Below, one piece after another: positions 17,467 to 27,443 of a stretch of 54,752 bases of DNA. Source of the stretch: a virus (Duplodnaviria > Caudoviricetes); IMG/VR virus record IMGVR_UViG_3300032223_000633, positions 1-54,752 of that record; one strand, written 5' to 3'. How positions within the stretch are numbered: position 1 is the first letter of the stretch; each line of letters starts with the position of its first letter. The notes under the pieces are model-generated. The model was not told the origin of the DNA, searched no databases, and worked only from the letters and a program-made list of their open reading frames with translations. The translations under genes were made by a program, and so were the position numbers.

Positions 17467-19056
17467 TTAAGGTTTATAGAAGATAAAAATAGGTTCGTAT
17501 TTTAACCACATTTTGTCATTGATTTTACAGAAGTTTTTTGCTTTTGGCAACCCAGTTATTGGGTCTAATCTATTACCGCCAGGCATTTGTGCAAGTGCCA
17601 TTTTTAATTTACCTTTGTATATCATACCTAATGATAATAGATAGTCAATAGAATCTTGTTCTAATGGCAACATATCACCATCAAATGCAGCATCGGCAAT
17701 GTTCCATAACAGATATCTATCATTACGTAAATATTCTACACAAGTATTCAATGTCTTTTTAAGAAAACCATCACGCCATAAATCATATTGAGAAAACTTT
17801 TTGTATGATTGTGCATCATCTTCAGAATATGCTTCTTTAGAAAAATAAGGTGGTGATGTAAATATCATATCTAACTCACCTTTATATTTCTGAAATTCTG
17901 GATCATTATGTATTTCTTCTGAACCATGTTGAAATATTTGATAGGTATGTGTTTTAGGAAATAATCCTGTTGCACGATATGTCTTTGTATTAAAGAAATC
18001 TGCAAATTCATGATACTTAGTTCTACCAGTTGTAGTGTTATGATCTGTATTAGGATCAGTACCAATGTAATGTATATTTCTAGAATCATCTACAGATAAT
18101 GCACCTAATAGTCTACCACCCCAACCAGATGATGGGTCATAGATATTAATTTGGTCTTGTTTCTTAATATGGTCTGTAAATCTTTCATAAAGAAACTTGG
18201 CAGTTAATGGTGGGAAATTAACTGCATATTGACAGAACGATACACGAAATGCTTTTAGTCCAATAGGAAATATCTTTTGTCCTTTTTCATATAACCGAAT
18301 TCGAAATGATTGTGCATCTTTATGTTCCACATTTGTGGTACATGATTTAGGAATCAATCCAGGGTTACTTACTTGTAATTGTAATATTTCTTGTTTAGTA
18401 ATACGTAGATAATTTTGATTCTTCAATTCTTCAGTGTAACCAGTATATTCTTTTTCTTCATTAGGTTCTAACCAATAATCATGTGTATTATATGTTCTTG
18501 CTTTAGTTTCAAACCATTGCAAGAATTCATTTGTAGAATTTACTTTGTATACTAAAGAACCCATCTCAATAATCTGATCTTTTTTAATTGGGTTGGAATA
18601 ATGATAGAAAGAATCTCTTTTGAAATGCCTTGATGCATATGTAATAAATGTATCTAACAATTCATCTTTAGCAAAGTAATCATAGATTGATTTACCTTTG
18701 TTTACATCTTTGGTATAGTTAATACGTGTTTTCATCATAGTAGGAAACCATTGATTAACTGCATTACCAACATTACTTGTATTACGAATCACATCAGTTT
18801 CACCAGTTAATTCATCTTTAACTAAAAATTTGAATACTGGAAAACTAGTCATCTGATTAAACTGATCTAATATTTCATCTTCATTGTAACCAACTCTTGG
18901 TGGTTGTCCTTTTTCATCCCATAGACTAACAATAGTTTTACGAAGTTGAATTGCCCATTCACGGAATTCATCTTTAGTCATTGCAAGTATTTCTTCAAAC
19001 TTTTTATTAGATTCAGATTCCAATAATTCAGTATTCTTCTCATAAAAATATTTCAT
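17467..19056 (-). CDS. DNA amino-methyltransferase (second copy)
   Basis: AVNFPPLTAK, YDPSSGWGGRL, YIGTDPN, FTSPPYF. Confidence 0.8.
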   Translation of the reverse strand: MKYFYEKNTELLESESNKKFEEILAMTKDEFREWAIQLRKTIVSLWDEKGQPPRVGYNEDEILDQFNQMTSFPVFKFLVKDELTGETDVIRNTSNVGNAVNQWFPTMMKTRINYTKDVNKGKSIYDYFAKDELLDTFITYASRHFKRDSFYHYSNPIKKDQIIEMGSLVYKVNSTNEFLQWFETKARTYNTHDYWLEPNEEKEYTGYTEELKNQNYLRITKQEILQLQVSNPGLIPKSCTTNVEHKDAQSFRIRLYEKGQKIFPIGLKAFRVSFCQYAVNFPPLTAKFLYERFTDHIKKQDQINIYDPSSGWGGRLLGALSVDDSRNIHYIGTDPNTDHNTTTGRTKYHEFADFFNTKTYRATGLFPKTHTYQIFQHGSEEIHNDPEFQKYKGELDMIFTSPPYFSKEAYSEDDAQSYKKFSQYDLWRDGFLKKTLNTCVEYLRNDRYLLWNIADAAFDGDMLPLEQDSIDYLLSLGMIYKGKLKMALAQMPGGNRLDPITGLPKAKNFCKINDKMWLKYEPIFIFYKP

Positions 19057-19490
19057 ATATTTACCATTTCAAATTTATAAACAACACCAGGTATAGTACC
19101 TTCAGACCAACTTATATCTCCAACTTTTTTCATACCATTTTTTTCATAGAATCTTCTTGCTCTATCATTTTCTGCTCTAACTGTTAACCAAACTGCAGAA
19201 TTCATTTCATAAAAAAACTTAGATAATATTTTAGATGCATTACCAGAACCTTGTGAATTAGTTAAAATTTGTCCTATATGTGCATCACCTTTTTGTGCTT
19301 CAACATTACCAATCTTTTGTTTTCTCTTATATACACCAAATACAATTACAACACCATCTTCTAAAATAATATTATTATTTTCTAATTTTCTTTTTAAATA
19401 ATCTTGTCTAATGTGTGGAAAATAACTTTTCTTATAAAGACTAAAAATTGAATTAATTGTAGATAAATCTGATATTGTAGCTATAATCAT
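19053..19490 (-). CDS. GNAT family N-acetyltransferase
   Basis: SQGSGNA acetyl-CoA loop, LTVRAENDRARRFYEKNGM. Confidence 0.88.
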   Translation of the reverse strand: MIIATISDLSTINSIFSLYKKSYFPHIRQDYLKRKLENNNIILEDGVVIVFGVYKRKQKIGNVEAQKGDAHIGQILTNSQGSGNASKILSKFFYEMNSAVWLTVRAENDRARRFYEKNGMKKVGDISWSEGTIPGVVYKFEMVNI

Positions 19491-20089
19491 TGCAGTATTA
19501 ACTCTCTCATTGTTTGATTAGAATAACAATCAATTACTAAATGTAATCTATCTTGTTCCCACATATTATGCACTTCGTGTGCTTTAGTTACATCTGTATA
19601 ATAATAAGTACCAGTTTCTAGAAAGTAATCACATTTTTGTTTTCCATCATATAAAGAAAATACAACTTTTGGATCAGTCTTAATTGGTACATGAACACGA
19701 ATAATTTCTCCATCTTCAAACCCAATAGTTTTATCAATTTTATCTGTATGTTTTTCAATTTTAGTTCCTGCTTTTAATCTCATCACACGAACCCTTTGAA
19801 ACTCTGCAGGTATTTGTTTCAAAATTTCATTCAAAGATTCCATTTCTGGAACAAATCGTAAGGTAGTATCCTGTAATTCACCCTCTTCAAGATTACTCTT
19901 TAATACTCCAGGTTTCAAAATATTTTTATAATCATTACTATAACCTCTTAATGAAATTGCTTCCCAATTTCCATTATTGTATTTTGTTTTAACTAATGAA
20001 AGTGTTAGACCTTCAATACATTTTACTGATACACTTAAATCTTTTTCGTATTTAGGAATATTTAATTGCTTTAATATTGGTCTTTTCAT
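19487..20089 (-). CDS. aspartyl/asparaginyl beta-hydroxylase-like 2OG-Fe(II) oxygenase
   Basis: RVRVMRL, IEKHTD (HxD), RVHVPIKT, HEVHN, DRLHLVID. Confidence 0.85.
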   Translation of the reverse strand: MKRPILKQLNIPKYEKDLSVSVKCIEGLTLSLVKTKYNNGNWEAISLRGYSNDYKNILKPGVLKSNLEEGELQDTTLRFVPEMESLNEILKQIPAEFQRVRVMRLKAGTKIEKHTDKIDKTIGFEDGEIIRVHVPIKTDPKVVFSLYDGKQKCDYFLETGTYYYTDVTKAHEVHNMWEQDRLHLVIDCYSNQTMRELILQ

Positions 20090-20667
20090 TTTTTTATTCT
20101 TGTATATTGTTTAATTAATTTATCTTGTTTCTTTTTTGCCATCTTCAATGCAAGAGGACCAACATGTTCAGTAAATAGAGAACCATTCATATGATCTAAT
20201 TCATGTTGAAAGCATTGAGCAGTAATACCATCAAAATCTATTAATTTTTGTTCTCCCGATTCTGTATAGTATACTACTTTTATTGATGTATGTCTAGCGA
20301 TATTTAATGTTAAACCAGGAAAACTTAAGCAACCTTCTTTTAATTTGGCAACTTCTTTACCTGTCTCTACAATTCTAGGATTAATACATGCCATTTGAAA
20401 GTGTTCATTACCAATAATAAAAACTCTTTCTCTTATCCCACATTGATTGGCAGAAATACCAATGCCACCATATAATTTCATTGTCATTTTTAATCGTTTA
20501 ATTAAATGTGACATATGATAATTTGGTAATGAAGTTTCATCATATTCAGGTATTGGTTCATGTAATGCTGGATGCGATGGGTCTACTAATTTGTATGGAA
20601 GAATATCTTCTTCTTTTGGTGTTGCTGGTATTCCAAATCCTGTATCAATCGTTAAAATATCACTCAT
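20086..20667 (-). CDS. def: peptide deformylase
   Basis: GIGISANQCG, EGCLSFP, QHELDH. Confidence 0.96.
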   Translation of the reverse strand: MSDILTIDTGFGIPATPKEEDILPYKLVDPSHPALHEPIPEYDETSLPNYHMSHLIKRLKMTMKLYGGIGISANQCGIRERVFIIGNEHFQMACINPRIVETGKEVAKLKEGCLSFPGLTLNIARHTSIKVVYYTESGEQKLIDFDGITAQCFQHELDHMNGSLFTEHVGPLALKMAKKKQDKLIKQYTRIKK

Positions 20668-22379
20668 GTTGTTATCCTTGAAAAATTCTTTACCTTCTCA
20701 AATTTAATTACTGACCTAAACTTATCTTGTAATATATCACCTTTATGGCTAATTACAAATAAATTTACATCTTCTAACATATGCAAGATGTTCATTAAAT
20801 ACTCTGTACCATTTGCATCTAAACTAGAATCAAATATTTCATCTAATATTAACAGATTAGTATTTGCAGAATTTTTTAACTTTGCAATTGTTCTCCATGT
20901 CAACATCAATGCCATATCAATTCTTTGCTTTTCACCTTCACTAAATGATTCATAACTAAATGCATCACGGTGTCTTGATTTAATTGTTTCTTTGAATGAT
21001 TCATCTAAATTAAAATTAACAAAGAAATCAAATGTTGCTAAATGTTTGTTTACAACTTTATTAATAATGGGTAAATATTGTTTGATAATCTTAGTCTTAA
21101 TACCAGTATCTTTGAGTAAACCTGAAGCGGCTTCATAATATGTTTTTTCATCAATCAGTTCTTTCTTCTTTTGTAATATCACTTCTAATTCAATATTTAA
21201 TTCTTTTAATTTAGTATTTTCTACTTCTAAATTATCTTGTTTAGATTTCAATGATTCAATTTGAGATTTCAACTTTGAAATATATTTGTTTGTTTCTGTA
21301 ATAGAAGTTGTGTTAGTAGCATTACTAATTTGTAATTTCTGTATTTCTTTTTGTTTTAATGTAATCTCATTCAGTCGTTCTTGTTCTGCCAATAATTTTT
21401 CTTCTAATATTTTTAATCCCGATTCAATTTCGGCAACTCTATCATTATTCTCTTTGATTTGTTGTTCTTTAAACCCCAAGGCAATTTCTTGCTTACAGGT
21501 TGGACAATTATCATTCTGTTCAAAGAAACCAATATCAGATTTATATTTGGATAAGTTGTTTTCAATCTGAGATTCAATTTTTGAAAATTTCTTGAGTCTA
21601 GTCTCAACTTCAATTTTGTTTTCCACGTAGGTTTGTAATAAGTTGATTGAGTTGGATGTTTGTTCAATTTTGCTTTGTAACTCATGTATGTCAGTGTTAT
21701 ACAATTTGATCTGATTATCATATTCTTCTATTTTCTCTTCGTTAGTTTTTTGTATACTTTTAATATGTGTATTCTGAATTTCAATCTTAGTTTCTACAAT
21801 ATGTAATTTAGAATTAGTATCTGTAATTTGATCTTTGTTACCAGATACTTTATCTTTCAATACAGTATTCATTGTAGAAAATATTTGTATATCTAATAAA
21901 TCTTCAATGATTGACCTACGATCATTTGCAGATAATTGCATGAATGGTACAAATGATGCAGAACCCAATATAACAATCTGTGTAAATGATTTGTAGTTTA
22001 ATTTCAGAATAAACTTTTCTAAGTATTCTTGATAATCTCTACTTGCAGCATCTTGATTCAGTAAATCTCCATCTTGATATATTTCAAAAATATTAGGTTT
22101 GATACCACGAACAACTTTATATTTTTTATTACCAATACTAAATTCACATTCAATGATACAATCTTTTTGATTAATAGAATTGATTAGTTGTGGTTTATTA
22201 ATACTTCTAAATGCTTTACCAAACAAAGAAAAACATAATGCATCAAGCATCGTAGATTTACCTGCGCCATTAGAACCAACAATTAAAGTATTAGATGATT
22301 TTAAAAAATCAATCTCTGTAAAATAATTGCCGGTACTGATGAAGTTTTTATATCTAATTTTTTTGAATACAATCATCAA
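20664..22379 (-). CDS. gp46: recombination endonuclease ATPase subunit (SbcC/Rad50-like)
   Basis: GSNGAGKS, CPTC hook, FSEGEKQRID, LILDEIFD, ISH. Confidence 0.97.
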   Translation of the reverse strand: MMIVFKKIRYKNFISTGNYFTEIDFLKSSNTLIVGSNGAGKSTMLDALCFSLFGKAFRSINKPQLINSINQKDCIIECEFSIGNKKYKVVRGIKPNIFEIYQDGDLLNQDAASRDYQEYLEKFILKLNYKSFTQIVILGSASFVPFMQLSANDRRSIIEDLLDIQIFSTMNTVLKDKVSGNKDQITDTNSKLHIVETKIEIQNTHIKSIQKTNEEKIEEYDNQIKLYNTDIHELQSKIEQTSNSINLLQTYVENKIEVETRLKKFSKIESQIENNLSKYKSDIGFFEQNDNCPTCKQEIALGFKEQQIKENNDRVAEIESGLKILEEKLLAEQERLNEITLKQKEIQKLQISNATNTTSITETNKYISKLKSQIESLKSKQDNLEVENTKLKELNIELEVILQKKKELIDEKTYYEAASGLLKDTGIKTKIIKQYLPIINKVVNKHLATFDFFVNFNLDESFKETIKSRHRDAFSYESFSEGEKQRIDMALMLTWRTIAKLKNSANTNLLILDEIFDSSLDANGTEYLMNILHMLEDVNLFVISHKGDILQDKFRSVIKFEKVKNFSRITT

Positions 22380-23449
22380 TCTACTCTTTCAACATTTACC
22401 GCTTCTACGTATAGTTCTTTCATTAGACTTTTAAGTATATCAGGTTTTACATTCAATGTCAAGCCGTCAATATACTTATTTAAGATAGTCATAGTATCTT
22501 CTGCTTGATTTACCAATTCTTTATCATCGGCAACTGAAGTATCTGTAAAATCTTCAACTATACCAATATCTGCAACACCTACTTTATATAAATTATCCAT
22601 TACCACATCAAACAGATATGGGTTCTGTTTATTGATTACTACAATCTTTATATAGGCATCTTTCAATTCTTCATAATTAAAATTCTTCCAATAGGCAAAC
22701 TCTTGTGTTGTATCATCATATTGTAATTTATGAAACATTCTATATGGATTAGGTATAAATTCTAATTCTCTTGTCTCAGTATCAAATACATGAAACCCTC
22801 TTTGGTCATCATAGTCTGCCCATGTAATTTCATATTGATTACCAAGATAAGTTATATTGCCATTAGTTGATTTGTGATGAAAGTGACCAGACAATACAAT
22901 ATCAAATCTATTAAACAATGCCATATCTAAACCAGTTTGACATACATTACCACGATCCATTTCAAAACCAGATATCTCAAAATGACCAAATACAATTTCA
23001 CTCTTAGTGCTATTTAAAAAATCTATACTGCTTTGATAATTACTAGAATTAATCCATGGCATCAATGCAACATTAACACCATCATATACTTTTTCAACAG
23101 GATCAATGTATACGTTTACGTTATCGTAATGCTCAAACAATTCATTCATGGCATTAATTTCATTCGTATTCTTGTATGTGACATCATGGTTACCCACAAT
23201 AACATCCATTTGAATATTATTCTTTAATAATCTATCAAAGAATCTTCTACGCCAAGAATTTAATGTAACATAATTAATAAATTTTCTACGATCAACAACA
23301 TCACCTAAATGGCAAATATGTGTAATATTATTTTCTTCTAAGTATGGAAAGAATACATTTTCCCAAAACTTAAAAAAGAATTCATTGAATATTGCACTGT
23401 CACCTCTTGCACCCGCATGAGTGTCATTTATTAAGGCTATTTTCATCAA
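22376..23449 (-). CDS. gp47: recombination endonuclease nuclease subunit (SbcD/Mre11-like)
   Basis: DTHAG, HLGDVVDRRK, VGNHD, SGHFH. Confidence 0.96.
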   Translation of the reverse strand: MMKIALINDTHAGARGDSAIFNEFFFKFWENVFFPYLEENNITHICHLGDVVDRRKFINYVTLNSWRRRFFDRLLKNNIQMDVIVGNHDVTYKNTNEINAMNELFEHYDNVNVYIDPVEKVYDGVNVALMPWINSSNYQSSIDFLNSTKSEIVFGHFEISGFEMDRGNVCQTGLDMALFNRFDIVLSGHFHHKSTNGNITYLGNQYEITWADYDDQRGFHVFDTETRELEFIPNPYRMFHKLQYDDTTQEFAYWKNFNYEELKDAYIKIVVINKQNPYLFDVVMDNLYKVGVADIGIVEDFTDTSVADDKELVNQAEDTMTILNKYIDGLTLNVKPDILKSLMKELYVEAVNVERVD

Positions 23450-23876
23450 ATTCTCCTCTTACCATAAACTCTCTTGTATAGGTTCGTCTACGTAATTCAC
23501 TACTGCTAAAGTGATGATCTCTACGATTAAAATATATTTCAATACCTCTACCAGCACAGATATCTTTTGCCGTGAATTGTTTTTCTTTATATTCATCACC
23601 AATGATTCTAACTGATATTGGAAATGAACGAAAGATTTCTTCTAAGTCATTCTCGTATGTGTATGGTATAATCTGATCAACATATGTAACTGCTTTAAGT
23701 TGAATATACCTTTCAACTATACTTTGAATAGGTTTATTTTTTTCTTTCCGATCTATAGATGGATCAGTTTGTAAACCTACAATTAAAAAGTCACATTGAG
23801 TCTTTGCTTCTTCTAACATCAATATGTGACCAGCATGAAGTAAATCAAATGCACTACATGTAAATCCAATTCTCAT
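23424..23876 (-). CDS. cytidylyltransferase (TagD-like)
   Basis: FDLLHAGH (HxGH), VGLQTD, R...SSSELR. Confidence 0.9.
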   Translation of the reverse strand: MRIGFTCSAFDLLHAGHILMLEEAKTQCDFLIVGLQTDPSIDRKEKNKPIQSIVERYIQLKAVTYVDQIIPYTYENDLEEIFRSFPISVRIIGDEYKEKQFTAKDICAGRGIEIYFNRRDHHFSSSELRRRTYTREFMVRGEFDENSLNK

Positions 23877-23886
23877 AATAATCTCC

Positions 23887-24444
23887 TTAAATATCAGGTA
23901 GCTCTTTCACATCTAATTCAATAAAATTTTCAATACCTTTAATCTTTACTTTCTTTTTATTCTTTTTAGTTTCTTCAAAAGTATGAATAAATTCTGATAT
24001 GTTATCATACATCTGAAACTGTTGCATATGCCCATTCTCATCTTCAAACATTTCACCTTCATCTAATAAACCAAACTGTTCTGTTGCTTTGTATTTTACA
24101 TATAATTGTTTTTTCTCTTTGGCAATTCTTCGTAGAAATGCAAAGTAAATAATCTGTGTAAAATAAGCAAATGGATTAGATGATTTGGCAGGATCAAAGT
24201 TTCTGAAATACATTATACAGTTTTCAATTCCATCTGCAATCATTTCATCTCTGAATGAATAGGAACCAAAGTTTGGTTTTCTGGATAGATGTTCTGCAAT
24301 TTTAATAAAACATTCACCAATATAGTTTGGTACTATAGGGTCTGGTTTATTATTCTTTTTAGCATCAGCACACTTCTCAGTGTATTCGTTTAATGCTTTT
24401 AAAAAATCTGGATTGTTGATGTAGTGTGCTTTTTTCTTACTCAT
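23887..24444 (-). CDS. gp55: late sigma factor
   Basis: HYINN, YIGECFIKIA, EMIADGIENC, NPFAYFTQI, RRIAKEKKQ. Confidence 0.96.
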   Translation of the reverse strand: MSKKKAHYINNPDFLKALNEYTEKCADAKKNNKPDPIVPNYIGECFIKIAEHLSRKPNFGSYSFRDEMIADGIENCIMYFRNFDPAKSSNPFAYFTQIIYFAFLRRIAKEKKQLYVKYKATEQFGLLDEGEMFEDENGHMQQFQMYDNISEFIHTFEETKKNKKKVKIKGIENFIELDVKELPDI

Positions 24445-24465
24445 AATGTTTACCTCAGTTTGTGC

Positions 24466-24494
24466 TTGACAGGTTATTCAATCGTTGTTATAAT
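24466..24494 (+). promoter_or_regulatory. consensus sigma70 promoter oriented antisense to the uvsY-uvsW unit
   Basis: TTGACA (24466-24471), 17 nt, TGn-TATAAT (24489-24494) on plus; no credible plus-strand gene downstream. Confidence 0.75.
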
Positions 24495-24508
24495 GGTGGT
24501 GTCTTCCG

Positions 24509-24940
24509 TTAATGTAATATTCTCTTCTTATTACTTAATACTTCTTTAATCGTTTCAATACTCTCTACATACTCTGAGAACTCTTCTTCTGAAACATCCT
24601 CTTCTTCATCATCTGCATTTAAACAATTCTCAATGTGATCAGATTCTTCAATAACACATTCATTCAAATCAATCACTGCTTTATTATAATAATTAATAAG
24701 GGATTCTTTAGGTTCAAATACAGTTAATACATCAGTAGAATATACTGAAGCAATATTATGTTGAACAATCTCTACAGGTAACCAAGGTACCATCATCATT
24801 ACTGATTTACCAGTAATTTGTCTTTTGAATAATACTGTCATAGGATTGTTAAGAATAACAGTACCTTCTTCTTTATCTTCTATCATAGATGCAATTATAT
24901 CTTCACCTGACTGCATCCTTATTATTTTTATATTATCCAT
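24509..24940 (-). CDS. conserved hypothetical protein between uvsW and gp55
   Basis: IIRMQSGEDIIA...MVPW, acidic tail ending in LH; conserved position in T4-like phages. Confidence 0.75.
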   Translation of the reverse strand: MDNIKIIRMQSGEDIIASMIEDKEEGTVILNNPMTVLFKRQITGKSVMMMVPWLPVEIVQHNIASVYSTDVLTVFEPKESLINYYNKAVIDLNECVIEESDHIENCLNADDEEEDVSEEEFSEYVESIETIKEVLSNKKRILH

Positions 24941-26399
24941 TTTTCATCTCTATATTATAAAACTTATAATTAAACTTTTCACCATCATACATTTTAACAC
25001 GTCCAACGAAATGATGCAAGGTGTAATTGGTATGATTACCTATTCTAAAGTCATCAGAGATATCATAAAGAACTGCTTCTTCTTTATTATCACCTAATCT
25101 GAGTCCACGACCAATTGATTGTAAATTACGAATTCTTGATTTAGAAGGTGATGCAAATACCACATTATGCAAATTACGTATATTGATACCAGTTGAAAAT
25201 GTACCATATGAAGCAACAATAATGGCATCTGTTTCACGTTCAGTTATATCTCTAATAGATTCTCTAACTTCAGTATCAGTACCACCATATACAAAAAATA
25301 CTTTACGTTTACCTGTTTCTTCTTTTATAATACGATATAAAACTTTGCCATGTTTCTCAACAAATTGAAATAGTATTAATGAATTACCTTTCAACGACAA
25401 GGCAAGATTCTTTATAAATGCGTTTCTTGCTGTGTTCAATACTATATATTCGATCTCTTGTTTGTAGTCCCACTTCTTAGACAACTTACAAACCTCTTCT
25501 GTATATTTAAGTATTAAACATTTAATTTTAAATTTAGATAACTGTTTGTTATCCATTAATTCTTTTGTTGTAGTTGCTTTGTATACTGGTCCAAATAAAC
25601 CTTCTAATACTAATCTATGTGTTTGTGTACCATCAAGTGTACCAGTGCAACCTATTCTATATTCTGCAAGTGAAAGACCAGTCATTATAGTTGTCAATGA
25701 TTTTGCTTTGAATTGATGTGCCTCATCTCCAAGAACAAAATCAAACTGTTCAAAATAATCTGGTGAATTTTTATAAATTGATTGCCATGTAGTGATAGTA
25801 AGAAATTTGTTTATTGATTTATCTTTACCCGAATACTGTCTATGGCAATACTCTTCAGAATTATAACCATATGATTTGAAATCACTATACATCTGTTCAA
25901 CAAGAGATGTAGTTGGTACAATTAATAAACCTTTTTTACAATCTGAATATTGTAGATAACTCAATATCAAATATAAAATCAAAGATTTACCTGATGCAGT
26001 TGGTGAAACTAACAATAATCTTTTATTACGGATTGCTTGAATGAATGATTTTAATTGGTAATCTCTAACTTCAAAAGGCAAATTTAATGTTGCTATAAAT
26101 TCTTCTGCTTCTTTTACAGAAAATATATTTGTATTACTGATTGAAGAATCTACATCAAGAGTATATTCTCTTGTTTTACAAAAGTCTTGTATGTATGGAA
26201 CAAGACCATGATAGATAGTGTAAGACCTTAAATCAGCAAGTCTTATTTTACCATCCCACAATTTATTTTTATATGCAGGAGTAAATTGATATCCTGGTAC
26301 ATAAAAAGTAAAGAAGTCTGCCAACTCTTGTGCTATATTTCGTTCACACTCAAATTGAATATATGCTTCATTTTTTTTATGTAATATTAAATCAGGCAC
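24933..26399 (-). CDS. uvsW: RNA-DNA/DNA-DNA helicase
   Basis: WDGKIRL, SPTASGKS, DEAH, TGT, QSIGRGLR. Confidence 0.96.
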   Translation of the reverse strand: MPDLILHKKNEAYIQFECERNIAQELADFFTFYVPGYQFTPAYKNKLWDGKIRLADLRSYTIYHGLVPYIQDFCKTREYTLDVDSSISNTNIFSVKEAEEFIATLNLPFEVRDYQLKSFIQAIRNKRLLLVSPTASGKSLILYLILSYLQYSDCKKGLLIVPTTSLVEQMYSDFKSYGYNSEEYCHRQYSGKDKSINKFLTITTWQSIYKNSPDYFEQFDFVLGDEAHQFKAKSLTTIMTGLSLAEYRIGCTGTLDGTQTHRLVLEGLFGPVYKATTTKELMDNKQLSKFKIKCLILKYTEEVCKLSKKWDYKQEIEYIVLNTARNAFIKNLALSLKGNSLILFQFVEKHGKVLYRIIKEETGKRKVFFVYGGTDTEVRESIRDITERETDAIIVASYGTFSTGINIRNLHNVVFASPSKSRIRNLQSIGRGLRLGDNKEEAVLYDISDDFRIGNHTNYTLHHFVGRVKMYDGEKFNYKFYNIEMKNG

Positions 26400-26826
26400 C
26401 TTGAATGAATCTTTCCCATGCTATAAAATCTTTTAATTGAAATGTTCTACTATTTAGTTCCTTCATAATACTCTGACATACTTCAACAATTTCATCATGC
26501 ATAACTTTAATAGCAACAAATTTATTTAAGTCATCATCACTTTCAAGATATGATGCCACTTCAGATTTAAGAACATAAGGGAAAGGTTCCCATCCATATT
26601 TCTTAAGTTGTTCATCATCAAGTTTACCTGTATAATATTCCCACTTCACTCTACGCATTTTGTTATACTTAAACTCTGCTTCTTTAGACAACAATCTATG
26701 CCTTGAAAGCATGTTCAAGTATTTGCTATGTAATTGTGGTATATTAATTAATTCTCTGCCAGGTTCTGTTCTATCAATGACAGAATCTTTGCGCCACATT
26801 TCTAATAATTCATCAAGTTTATTCAT
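26392..26826 (-). CDS. uvsY: recombination mediator
   Basis: IPQLHSKY, KWEYYTGK, R.FQLKDFIAWERF; synteny gp3-uvsY-uvsW. Confidence 0.92.
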   Translation of the reverse strand: MNKLDELLEMWRKDSVIDRTEPGRELINIPQLHSKYLNMLSRHRLLSKEAEFKYNKMRRVKWEYYTGKLDDEQLKKYGWEPFPYVLKSEVASYLESDDDLNKFVAIKVMHDEIVEVCQSIMKELNSRTFQLKDFIAWERFIQGA

Positions 26827-26833
26827 AAAAAAT

Positions 26834-26876
26834 CTCCTTATTTAAGGAGTATACACTAGTTAAAACAGTTTGTCAA
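26834..26876 (-). promoter_or_regulatory. sigma70 early promoter for uvsY overlapped by an SD-sequestering hairpin
   Basis: TTGACA (26876-26871), 17 nt, TATACT (26853-26848); CTCCTT-AAAT-AAGGAG at 26849-26834. Confidence 0.75.
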
Positions 26877-27393
26877 CATTATAATAAGAAAATCTGAATG
26901 TGGCATCGGCAGTAATAGGATTATCTGGACTATCGGTAGATGATACAACAAAAGTAGATAAAGAAGTTGGGAAACAATCTACAAATTTAAATCTGTAATA
27001 TGGTGTATTTGATGATGAATATAACGTCAATGATGAATCGGAGAATTGAGGTCTTTTAAAATTAGATATATTTTTAGATGATCTTGATAAACGAGCATAC
27101 TCTTCAAACTCAGTTGGAAAAGTTAATGCACGAATCCAATTATGTATTTCTAACCATGCTTTTAATTCTTCATCAACATAAAAGGTAACATTAAACACAT
27201 CATATATTGCTTTTTCTCCAGGAGAATATAAATCAACAAAAGGTGTTGATCTTTGCACTTCACTCATTGATATACCAGGAATAGCTACACCTTGACAAAA
27301 GTATTGCATATTAGGTAATCTATCAAAAGATAATGTAAACTTATTAGGATGTAATAAATTTGGATTTGAAGGTGTTCTCGATAGGGCTGTCAT
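26860..27393 (-). CDS. gp3: tail completion / tube terminator protein
   Basis: N.L.PNKF, YFCQ..IPGI, F.VDEEL..W.EIHNW, FPTSLS; follows gp23. Confidence 0.9.
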   Translation of the reverse strand: MTALSRTPSNPNLLHPNKFTLSFDRLPNMQYFCQGVAIPGISMSEVQRSTPFVDLYSPGEKAIYDVFNVTFYVDEELKAWLEIHNWIRALTFPTEFEEYARLSRSSKNISNFKRPQFSDSSLTLYSSSNTPYYRFKFVDCFPTSLSTFVVSSTDSPDNPITADATFRFSYYNVDKLF

Positions 27394-27398
27394 ATGTG

Positions 27399-27406
27399 TA
27401 TTTATA
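27399..27406 (-). promoter_or_regulatory. T4-type late promoter for gp3
   Basis: TATAAATA 5 nt upstream of the ATG. Confidence 0.8.
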
Positions 27407-27443
27407 AAGAAAAAAAAGAGGACTTCTTTTGAAAGTCCTCTTT
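27407..27443 (-). terminator. intrinsic terminator after gp23
   Basis: Minus strand AAAGAGGACTT-loop-AAGTCCTCTTT plus long U tract. Confidence 0.9.

Noticed and set aside
20086-20667. Peptide deformylase as a novelty on its own
   Set aside because: Already well known in aquatic phages; only its operon context is noted
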